DNA of 63,792 nt, filler included, from Reticulomyxa filosa (Eukaryota > Protista > Foraminifera), in assembly GCA_000512085.1 (NCBI GenBank). It is 13 parts of 13 records of this genome, joined end to end, with 100 filler letters (N's around TTAATTAATTAA, not from the genome) between each part and the next. Parts side by side here need not be neighbours in the genome. Positions count along the whole stretch, not along the records: positions 35,126 to 60,642 come from ASPP01047817.1; 12 more parts are not named here. One strand, written 5' to 3'. Below, in pieces: positions 38,101-50,100 of this stretch; position 1 is the stretch's first letter, and each line of letters opens with the position of its first letter. The notes beneath the pieces were generated by a model. The model was not told the DNA's origin, made no database searches, and was given only the letters and a program-made list of their open reading frames with translations. Both the position numbers and the translations under genes were made by a program.

Positions 38101-41100
38101 CTCTTGTTTTTTTTCCTCGTATTGTCCTCTTTCTCTTCTTGCTGTTTATCTTTGGGAATGGAGAAGTCTCGCTTGGTTTCCTTGGACGCACCGAATTTCT
38201 GCAAGGCTTCCATTGATGCTTTTTCGACAAACAGACACACGTGATTGACCAGCGTGTTGTATACGTGGGCGTCCTTCGAAAAGCGACGTAAGCCCAAGGT
38301 GCCACTGCTTTCCAAAAGCACGACGTCGTGCAGTAGTCGTTTGATGAGGTCCATCGACAATCGGTTCAAACTGATCTTCAATCCCGACGTCTGGATCGAC
38401 GTGTGTATCTGAACAATCAGAAACTCCACCAAACTTTCGCGGATGTCCTGTTTCATCCGCTCGTATACCTCGAAGCACACCTCGCGAAAAGAGGATACAA
38501 AGGCGTGCAGATGCGAGCTGAATGGGAAGCGGCCTCCTCCTGGAATGTCGTCCTTGGGAACAATCTCGTGGTTGTGTTCTCGATGCTCCCTTTGCGTAAC
38601 GCGAACGATTTTTGGCTCACTCAAAATACGCAAAAACAAATTGTCGATTCGTTCGTCCTTTTGTCTTCTGTAAAGCAAGGAATTGCCGTTTTCGAAAATG
38701 ACGCACAGAATTTCCACCAACAGATTCTTAATCTTCTGTGCCAAATTCGACATAAACTCGCTGCGAAGTGATCCCCTTTCGCGCAATTGCTGCTTCAACA
38801 CTGTTTTCAGACAGTATGTCGCTCCCGTCTCCGTGTCTAATAGCACATCTTGCAGTCGACCATTCAACACTTCTTGCAATTCGCCATTGTCGGGAGGATC
38901 GGCATTCAAGTAGGTGCGCAGAGTATGGATTTCGTCACAGAATTCGGTTTGGTTTCTTCGGCCGAAATTGATAAAGTTTAACGCCAACTCGTACGAGTCT
39001 GCCAATAACTTGAAGCTGTTAGGCTCGATTCGCTTTTGGATTTGCGTCAGAGACTGCGGCTCGAAGACATTGATGTCGTTGATCTGGACCTCGTTCAGAC
39101 TATTTGCCGGCAAAAGGGCATCGACAAACACATGCTTCCATAGACTATTGAATACCAAGGGATTGGTCAATACTGGGTCTTGTCCTTTTGAGGGACTGGC
39201 CACGCGATTGGAATAAAACAACATTACAAACGTGCGTTTCGGTCGAATGGCTTTCGTCTCATTGCTGCTTTTCTGATTCGCGACAAATGCCTTTTCCACG
39301 AGGTATTGCACGTGCAGGTAGTGCATCAACATGCTTTCACTCATCAGCGGATCGCATGCGATAACAAGCACACTGTGCTTCAACACGCAAGATACGTCGC
39401 GCAAAAAGTCGAATACGTACGTAAATAAATCTGTTTCTTGTACAAAGTCGCGCAAGTCTTTGAAGCGGATTTCGGTGAGTTCCGTGGTTTGGGACACCTG
39501 CTTCGTGTCTTTGGTCAGACGCGTGCAGATTGTTGTTAGGTCTTCCACTGACTTTGGAATATAAGAACTGTTCAATAGGTCATCTCTGGTTATCACATAT
39601 GCCTCGTTACCCTTCCGCAGTACATGTGTGTCCAGCAATTGAAAGTCGTGCGTCACCACTTTGATTAGTACTTGTTCGTTCTTTTCGTTCGCGCCTTCTC
39701 TTTCCAATACGTCCAACTTCGATGTGTCATCCAAAAAAAAAAACATGTACAATATGTATGTGTATGTCGGATTAAAAATATATATATGTATACACATATA
39801 TAAAGATAAGGTTAATACAATGTCGGCATATGGAATAAAGTCACGTTGTCGCTTTTTATCGTCAATCAAAATTTGCAGTGACGTGTTTTGCAACAACATC
39901 CTCAAACAGTTTTGAACAATTTGGTCAATTTGCACTTCTTGTGCCGCTTCTTCATTGTCAGTGTCATATTTCTTTTCTTCATTGGACTCGTTCTTCCTCG
40001 AGGTGGCCTCGTTGATCAATAAACTAATGTACGTATACCTTTCCAGAAATCCAACAAACAACGCGCTTTTTTTAAGTTGCAGACGATCGCTGAATCGAAT
40101 GGCAATGGTTTTTTGCAATTTGTCGAATTTGCTTTTCCACAAAGGATCCAAGCTGTATTGTTCCAACAGACTCGGATCCAAGAAAAACTTTTCAAAGCGA
40201 TTCAGGAACGCGACAGGGGTATGCAGATCGTGGTTTTTGGTTTCGTGAAACGCTTCTGCTCTGGACACGACCACCACACATCGGAATGTCTTGGCAATTC
40301 GACATCGAATGGATTCTCCTCCAATGCAAATGCGACAAAACTTTTGTCCATCGACCGATTGATACCTCTGATTGAGGATGTCATAAAGTGAATCGTATAA
40401 TTGCTCCAATTTCAATAACACACATATCTTGCCCGTGCTCATTGCGTTCCTTACTTTTTCAATGGTTCGATATAAATAAATGGTGGAATTGATATCTCCT
40501 GCAAATTTGCTGCCAAATATTACTTCGGTGGACTCCATTGTGGTGATGCCACTATCGAAAAGTATCTTCCACATCACCGGCGACTCGGTAATCAGCATGA
40601 TGTTGCGCATTTCGGGTCTCTTAATATCTCGCGACTGCTCGATGTTGTTGCGGATCAAATGCAAAGGCGAAAACTGCTTCCATATTATCTCCGGCTTTGG
40701 CAAGACATTGCCGTAAAAATACTTTGCGATTTTTGGGAATAAAAACTCTTCCGTTTGTTCTTTTGTCATCCCACCAAAGTTCCTCATCACGGCCTCGACC
40801 AGTAGCTCTCTGCTCACTCCACCACGCATCTGACAAGAGTACTTCAAGTAACTCGCCAGCGAATAAAAGTCCCTGTATCCGTAAAAGTCGAATTTGAACG
40901 GAGACATTTCGTGGTCTGTCATTATGCTGTTGTACAACTCTGCTATTTTTGGAACCTTTATCGACAAATCCTGTTGATAGTTTGCGTTTTCTCCTTCCAA
41001 CTTTTCGTTGATTATTTCGTCGGCCGTTGCCACCAGCTCCTTTGTGTCCGGTTGCATCACTTGGTGCAGTACCTTTCATTTGTTTTTTGTTTGCATTCGG

Positions 41101-44100
41101 ATATGTTGTGTGTTTATCTTCAAATCCAATGTGTGTATTGTCTTAACCATTCGATTCATCTTTGCCGAGTCCAATCTCCAGTTGCTCAAGCCAATGAATG
41201 CAATTTGTCGGTTGTCGTCTTCCAACAATTTGTGTAAGATTTTCAATGGTCTGTGTGGACCTAATGATCATCATTCGATTATTCGTTGTTTCATTGTTTG
41301 TTATTTATGACTTTTTTTATTAGAAAAAAAAAAAAAAGAAACTTTGTTCGGCTAATCCGACTTCATCCAGCCACAATACCACACTACGATTGCTTTTTGG
41401 TTGAGTCTTTTCCGCATCATTTTCCACCTTCTGTTCTTTTTCGTCTGTCCCGGATTGCTTCTTCGAAGGTATGGCTCTGTTTGTATTTGCACACAACGTA
41501 GTATCCACATTGGCCGAGAAAAAGAGAGAAAGAGAAAAACGCAACTTAAGTTTTTCTTGGAAACCAACAGCGTTTTCCCATCTTTTTCGAATTAAATCAG
41601 CAGTGGTCAATTTTGAGCATTGAAATGAAACCTAATACACATACGTGTAACAAATAGCATTGTTTGAACAAAACATAACAAAACACTGTGTGTTTGGTAT
41701 TTGCTACTTACGACAAAGAAATCATCAAAGTTCATTTCCGTGAGTCCCTTGCTTTTACTGGAAGATGACAGATTGCTTTGCACCACTGCCATGGCAAGTG
41801 TTTTGGAAGAACCTTTGTTTTCGTATTGTGTTCACAGCAGCCGTGTGTATGTGTGTGTGAGTGAGACAGACAAAAAAAAAGCAAAAAAAAAGAGGGGTTT
41901 ATACAAACCAGGACGCCCGACGACAATGGTTGGGGTCTTAGTCGCGAGTCCAACCAACATAACAAACAAGTTTTCACAAAAGGCACGGTTTTTGGCAATT
42001 CCAGGTGGAATATCTAATGTTCTCACGTATCTGTAAAAGGATATTGCAAACAGTTGTGTGCGAACGCAAAAGACAAAAAAAAAAATATCATGCCTTTGTT
42101 GTTCGTTTTCAACGACTACTCCAAATTGGATGTCTGTGTTAAGCTTTTTCAAAAGCTGTTCAACCAGGTTCTCATATTCTTTTCGTTGGCTCTTAGTTAA
42201 ACGATAATAGTAGCACTGTGCAAGAGATAAGATCATCGCTTCAATGACGCTCGTGCGTGTTTTTTTTCCTTCACGATTGTTGAAAAACCATAAGAACAGG
42301 GTATTGGCTCGACGCACGTCACGCAGTGAGCAAACACTCTGATCTTTTAATTTTTCTCTGTTCAAATCAATAAACATTTCAAAAACAAAAAAACGATTTA
42401 AAAAAAAAAAACAAACCTGACAAAATTTTGGGAAGTGAATATCGCATTAATGAAAAACAGTTTTAGGGAATCCAGCACTTTCGGTGTATTCTTCAGATCT
42501 TCAATGTTGTCAACAAACTCCTTTTTGGACCACGTGCTCGTGGTCATGACGGCAATATACTGCTGTTCGTCGTGTTGCGACAACGAGCCAAAGTTCCAAA
42601 CGTAGGTTTGCAACGACTTGGGCAAGGGGAAGACGCGATATACCAATTGACACATTTCTTTGTCCAAGTCATCCAAGTAGTGCTTGGTGACGTTCCTTTC
42701 CTCATCTTTTTCATCGGCGAGGTCTTCGTCCGTTTTGTGCCGAGTGCGATGTGGATTCAGTGCAGCGATAATGACGAGGTTGTCCGGAAACATCTGGCCT
42801 TTCAGACTGTGATCGCATACCACTTCTTTGAATGCTCCGATTTCAGGACTCGTGTTGATTTCATCCAAAAACACCAAATGGGTACGATTTGGATTGGTCT
42901 TTGCGCTCTCCAGAGGTGCCTCCAGATCTTTTTGCAAGTTTTCTACCGAGTAGCCTCCATGCACGTCGATCGATGTCATGGCAATGTTTAATGCACTGGC
43001 CATGAATTTCAATAGTTTGGTTTTTCCGCATCCCTTTTATATATACACATACATACATACAAATGTATATACATATATATTATATATGTATATACATTTT
43101 CGCAAAGTGCAAAGTGAAAACTGTTTCGCCCATGATCAAGACAGGTATTGCCGATTTGATTCGGAAAAATATGGAAACGATTTTCAAAATGTTATCAAAG
43201 GTCAGTGCGTAATCACTGTGTTCTGCCAGTATGTCTGACACTTGTTTGGTTCTCAATTTCTCGTCCTCGGATCTGTTGCACACATACACACACATATACA
43301 TGTATATAAGAATGATTCACTTTGATAATATATTTTTTTTGCTGAAGAGCAGAAATGGCCTATTGAACTTAAATCCACCGCAAATTTGCAACAGCAGATG
43401 CAACTTTTTGGCTTGATCGGTCATGTCTTCTTGATAAACTCCAACCTGCTTCACCGAATTTTGCTTTTTGATCAAGTCTTCCTCAAAGTTGTACAAATCC
43501 CATTTGTAGAGCCGACGGAGCAGCCTCCACTCTTGCGCGTGCGCATGGAGATTTTTGTCCAGATTCATCGACAGCAGCGACAAGGAGTTGTCCATTTGGG
43601 TGAGCTGCAGATCTTGCACAAGCGTGGTTTTGTGCATGTGCACTTGGATGGACTCGGAGATGGGGATCTGATTTAAGAGAACCATGGGAGGATCGGCCTT
43701 TTTCCACACTTTGACCAGGAAGAACTCTTCGTCGCCTCTGGACTCGTCGACCACATACTTTTCGTCTTCGTCGGCCTTGTCTTCGTCCAAGCGCTGATAC
43801 ATGTCACATGCGATATGTTCCCGGATTGCGCCAGCGAGCTGACGATCATTTCGTGCAAAGGGACAATGTGCAGTGGACTGTGACTGTGATGGGGACGTTT
43901 TCGTTTTTGATGTAAGGAAGTTGTACACCTGGACCAATTGTCGATACATGAATTGCAGGAACGACTTCAATTGAACCAGACTGTGTTCCGCTCTTGGAGC
44001 ATACTTATTGATTAACTGCAACATTCGAGCTCGGTCGATCTGGGGATGAGTTGTGTACGTCCAATCGTCTTTGGGGTTTTGCGTGTTCTTCAGTTGTCCC

Positions 44101-47100
44101 TTGTCCAACGCATCCAAATACTGCAACACAAAGTGTTCCTTCGGAGAAAGCTGCAATTCGTTTTTAAGGAACTGCGCAAACTTTGGTCTGACGTCTCGCA
44201 ATTCGTCGAACACTTCTGTCGACGGAATTGCAAGCTCTTTGATACGATCTCCGAAGAAATAAAACCATTTAAACACGTCCTCCAAACGGGTCTTCTTGTG
44301 AGTGGTCGACAGCTGCGTCGGCAATTCGACTAAAAACGCGTGGTTCTTGCGAACGCTGAAGCTCTCTCCGTTGCTTTTCGTGAGATAGCGCAGCACCAAC
44401 AGTTGGAACATCATCGTATTTACGTCCTTGCCTGCCTGTGTCGATATGTTAATGTGAAACACCATGAGGTCGTCCGTGACAGGGGCACTCGCGAAGCGAT
44501 CCACGACAAAGTCGGTGTCCAGAACAGGAGTGTTGATCGGAATGTGAACAAAGTGTCCTTCCTTCAATTGTAAACTTTTCACCATCTCCGTGATCACGTG
44601 GGATTTACCGACGCACTCATTTTGCGAAAAAAACACGGTCACAAAGGGCGCTTTGTTCTTTTTCTCGCGAAACGCTTTCAGGTCGCCACATAACACGTCC
44701 GAATAAAACGACTTGCTCTCTTCTTGCTGCAATATCGGCGACTCAATCTCGCGGAATGCGGACAAGGCCTGCGCCACCAAGCATTGGCCGTCTGTGGTAA
44801 TAATTGCCAACAGCGAGGTCTGGTTATGCATATACATCGGGAGAATTCGAACCAAACCCTGTTGAATGGAACGAGTTAACAGCTCGGGCAAAACGAGACA
44901 ATGCAATAGATTGCGTCCTGACTCCCTCGAACTTTTGTAACAACTGCGAATTAGAAAACATTCCAATTGCTCGATAGATGTCAAGTGGTCACAAAAGATC
45001 ACCTAAATTATGTATTGTTGCATTGTGATATACTGTAATTAAATATATAATATATATTTATATTTATATTTATATTTATATTTATATTTATATTTATATT
45101 TATATTTATATTTATATTTATATGTAATGCACGTAACTCGACTGGCAGTTGGCCGCTGTCCCTGCAACAAGTACAATTTGACCACATGGGACAAGACTTG
45201 GGTGTCTTTGCAAAAATATATGTGCGGCTGTCCACTGTGCAAAATATTTCCATGCTGTCTCCACTGAAGAGCGAAGCACTTTCGTCAAGTTGCTTTGAAA
45301 ATAACTCAAAGCCTCTCCGAGTTGACTCAATATGTCGCCATCCCAATTCCAATTCTTTCATTAAAGGAAGATCACACAAACAGTTATTCTGCGCATTGTT
45401 GATGTATGACAAGAGAGCAGAGACAAACATCTTTTCTTTAAACTGTTTTGGAGCCAATGGCGTTTTCAATGTCGGCAATAGTGATATCGGGATGAATGAA
45501 CGAAATTTTGGAAGCAATGGCTCCCAGATAGTTGCTCTTATCGGCGCTTTGAACGTACAGACGAAGATGATCACATAAATAGCGCATATCATTGATGGTA
45601 TAAAATAACAAAACGGGATATTTTTGTCGAAGCTGTTATAACGAAATGTATACGTGTGATGCAATATATAATGTTGAAGGATGAGAAGACAGATAAAGCC
45701 TAAAAGAAAATACCTTAGTAACGGTGGTTTTCCACGATTCGAGACATTCCTTCCAATAGCGATCAAGTTTTTCAAAGTCGTCTGCATTCCGCGATAAGTC
45801 AATGACTCGATCTTTGTTCAATTCGTCGCGTCCGCCAAGGGCATAATACTGCAATCTCTTTTTTGCGATGCTTTTGCATTTGTCGAATTTCGGAATGAAA
45901 TCGTTTTTCACTTTTTCTTTGAGCATTTCGAAATGAACGATTTTAATAATTTCGGATACAACTTGTTCTCGATTGATGGTAAGATCGACATTCTGTCCCA
46001 AGATCAGATCACCCAACTCTCGCGTAGATTTTTTCAAGTGTTCGGAAAGTACTTTGCCGGTGACATTGTGAGATCGCAGACGAGTGAGAATGAGATTGAG
46101 AGTCTCCACGTTGACTGACGAGAGTTGCTTTCGACGCGAGCGAAGCAGATTCTCGACGTCTTCGCGAGTCAAAGCGCTGAGTCCTCTTTGCGAAGTGAGC
46201 ACATCGCTCTCCACGGCGCCCGAGTCTCCTGTCATGTACATCAATAGTCTGTCCGTCAGTTGTTCGAATTCGTCCTGCGTCAAATCAATATGCGTTGCAG
46301 TTGCGTCGAGTGCAGTGGTGTTTTGATACTGAATACCCATGTACTTTTCTCGGTCGGGTCTGCTTTCGTCGGTGAAACAGACAGTACGAATTTTCTCCAA
46401 TTGGTCCTTGTCTGTCTGATGCAGCCATCCCTGCGGATCAATGGCATCGCGGATGAGTGACTCCCACGAGGATCGAACCACATTGAGACACTCCAACTTA
46501 TCCGCGTCAATATCGTGTTGCGATATCTGCAGCAGACGTCTTTCCATCGTCGATATGTCCTCATACTCGCCATTCAGAAAGCCGACAACGAACGTGCGCA
46601 CCTGCATCAGACTGGTGCTCCGCGAATGTTGCACCGGATCGTTTTCCGTAAAGTTTTGCATGTGTTCGTTGAACACGTTGTCGTTTTGGAACGTGGTGTG
46701 ACACTCCTTGATGATCTTGCTGCTGCTCACCAGCAGACGAAGCCATTCAATCGAAACGGTGGGAATGTCCGGGAATTGATCCTGATGATCCAACCAAAAT
46801 TGTTGAATTTTGGCCATTGGTGCAGTTTCCTTATCAAAGGATTTGAGCAATTGCTTTTCGGTCTCCCATCTGTCGTCATTCCATCCGTCCTGCTTGTTAC
46901 GCTTGTACAGCAAACCAAATGTCGTTGTCACGTCTCGCAACAATTTCAATGCCTCTTCGCGACGGAAGCACTCAAATACTTGACTCAAGGCCGTTGCCTG
47001 CGTTTGATACATTTCCATTTTTCGTAAGCAAAAGTCTGTGTTCTTCAACACTATCCTTTGTGCCACAAATATTACCCACGACTCTTTGCTCTTTGAGATT

Positions 47101-50100
47101 TGACACTTGTCCACTATATCCGACCATTGTATCTCTCTCACCGCAACTGTCGTCTTGTCGCTTTGATTGGCGATTCGCACAATTTCCTTTTTAATCGCTC
47201 CAATCAGCACGTATTCGCTCAATGCGCCCGTCCCATTCAGCAGTAGCGGCATTTTCATATCCAGTCCTTTGCACAATCGTCGCAATGCGTCCACCAGTTT
47301 GCTGTCCGATTCACCCTCCTTTGGCTTTGGCACTGTCATTGTCGACAGCTCCTTCAGCTCTGTCTCGGACAGGGCGATAGTATCCGAGAATCGTGTATGC
47401 GGTTCATACATTAGACGAATCTGTTTCTCGATTTCCTCCACTGACTTTTTGCGCAGCAGGCCAAAGTCGGTGGCAATACGTCGGCCGTTCACGTTGCGTT
47501 CTTTCAGTTCTTGTTTGGCTGATTCCCATTTCGCTTTGATATTTTTGAAGAGTTCTCGAAGAGTGGTAAGATGGAATTGACGTTGGGTGGGTGGGAATTT
47601 CAGCAGTATTTCTGCCAATTTTGTTTTCTATTGTTACGAGTAATGTTGTGAAAATATACACATATATATGTACATATATACGTATATATATATGTATGTA
47701 TATGTATATATTATATTATGTAATAGTTTAACTTTTTCTTGAACGCAATTCCACAGACACAAAGTGACTTTTTTTTCAGCCTCGGAAATGGTGTTTGCAG
47801 ATTGCCCGGGATACAATGCATTCAACAAACTCTCCACATTCCAACCCGTACTGTCCATCTTGATTCCATCGATTTCCTGCTCAAAGAACTTGTGGACGTA
47901 CTTTTCCAAATCAAATTGTTCCAAGTCTCTGGTCAGAGTGCTCTCTTGTTCTCTGATCCAGTTGCACAGCGCATAGGTGTCATACGACGACAGTGGTCTG
48001 AGACTCCATTGAATTTCATACTCTTCTACCACCGTCCTCCACATCGATAACGAAATATCGGACGCTTGGATTTTCTCAAAAGCTTCGAATATGGCTTTGG
48101 CCTCGTTGAAGGCCGACCAATCCATTTGGAGTGCAGCCTGCAGAGCTATTTCATCCCAGCCATGGGCCGTGGTCATTTTCATGCTCAGTTCATGCAATTG
48201 TTGTAGTTCGTTGCCAAACCACGCTTGTCGAATGCTGGAATTGGCGAAAAAGTTTTGCAACAATTCGCGATTCGATTTGATTTTGCCAAACTTTGCCATT
48301 AAACTGCGGACGCTTTTGATATCGATTGCCGTACCCGTTTTTTCGTCGGAGTTACTCGTGTCGTTCCACAGTTCGAGGAGCATTTCCAATTTTTCATCGC
48401 TTACGAGCATTTCCATCACCGCCACGCTCACTGTTTCCTTTGTTATTTGTTCGCACAAATGCACAAGCCACAAGCAATAGGACTCGAATACTTCCGATTT
48501 TACTTGTTTTCTTATCTGGCCCAAAAACCTGATGTTTGTGTGATGTGTGTCATACTTTATATAAATATACATATATATGTATATTTATATATGTTGTATG
48601 TATATATGTTTGTATGTATTGAATACTAAACCGCAACAATTGCAATCCTTCCTCCGAGGTCACGTAGTTAGCAATCTCATTCAGGTCTTTGATGTGAGAT
48701 GAAAATGGATGAAACCCATCCAACAACTGATCCAGTAGTCGACTCACTACCTTCCATTGCGACTCTGTCTTCATCCACGACCTCACTACGTTTATACACT
48801 CCACACGTTCGCCCGCGTCCAATGCCATGTAACTGCCTCTCAAAAACTTGGTTGTCCATTTTTTGTGTGATTGTCGCAATGATCTTCTCTTTCACTGTTC
48901 ATACACAATCGGATAATATGTGGACTGTAATCAGTTGCTCAAAAACCAAACACCAAAATAAAACAAAACAGTTGTAGGGCATTTGCTCCGTGGACAGGAG
49001 TTTCACTTTGTTGATAAACAGTTGGTCCAGATACTTGGACAATGGCTCGTTCGACGATTGGAATATGGCTTGGAATGTCTCCCAGTGCAAGTTGTACTTG
49101 ATAATATTCTCAACGCTTTCTGCAAACCCATACTTTGATAGCCAGCATCCAAAGATACGTTTCAACAGCATTTGTGTTTCTGAGATTGGATATTGGACCT
49201 GTGTGACATTTTAAAATATACCAAATGAAAACAACAAAGACAAAAACAAAGACAGAGCCAACGATCTATGAACTTGGATTGACTCCAAATAAAATGGGAT
49301 AAATCGAGTATCGGCGAGTAGAAATGGACTCTCTAAAATGAACATTCGGGCCATTCGACCTAACACTGGGAAGTCTCGGAGTAGTTTAAGTAGACAGTCG
49401 GATTCATTGACTGTGGCAATTCGTTTGATCAAGTCTCCCATTATTCGCTTGTCCAAAAGTGAAAGTAGCTTTTCATTGAGTTTGTTATCCGCGCTGGTCC
49501 GTTGTACCAATTGTTGCACTATTCCAACTGCTAATTCGCACGGCAAGTTTTGTACAAACTGCGAAAAATCGTATTTGAAATTTTCCAATAAAACAAGTAG
49601 CCGATCACGAAAACTGGGTAAATACTTTTCCATTGTGTCGAACACTGGTTGAGTGTTTTTGTCATCAAAAACAAATGCATATATGTATACATATATATTT
49701 ATATTTTTTAGACAACGTACGTTGAAGCATCAAATCGTGCTTTGTGGTACTGTTTGTTGCAGAAACGTCTCGCAAAAGACTTCCAAAAAAATACTCTTCC
49801 ATAGGGAATGGTCGCTGAGGCAGATTTACAAGTCGCAATTCGATTTCCACCAATCCCAACACATTTTCCTGCTGCTTCGTCATCGAGTTCAACTTTTCTT
49901 TGAAGGCGCGCACATGCGTATCCTTGTTTTTGTTTAGCGCGCAGATGCTAAATAAATTGTACCACATCAAACTGAGAAGAACTTCCTTTATGTCAGTTTT
50001 CTTTGCAATTTTGTCGACCAAAGAGATTTGAATGCTGTCCAAATGGTCCAAAGTCATTGCTTTCAAATTATTGATCACTGTCTGTAAGAAGTAAATATGT

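Noticed and set aside
43805-45310. Clustered single-base frameshifts in the RNF213-like gene (~43810-43920 and ~45245-45300), also in CAX (~63040-63205) and the bacterial hydrolase (~21217), suggesting insertional RNA editing, programmed frameshifting or 16-nt introns
   Set aside because: Each shift is fixed by changing a homopolymer by one base (for example YFQKQLDES...SMENILHSG). The same defect occurs in the bacterial contig, so pyrosequencing-type error is the simplest explanation. Raw reads would settle it.
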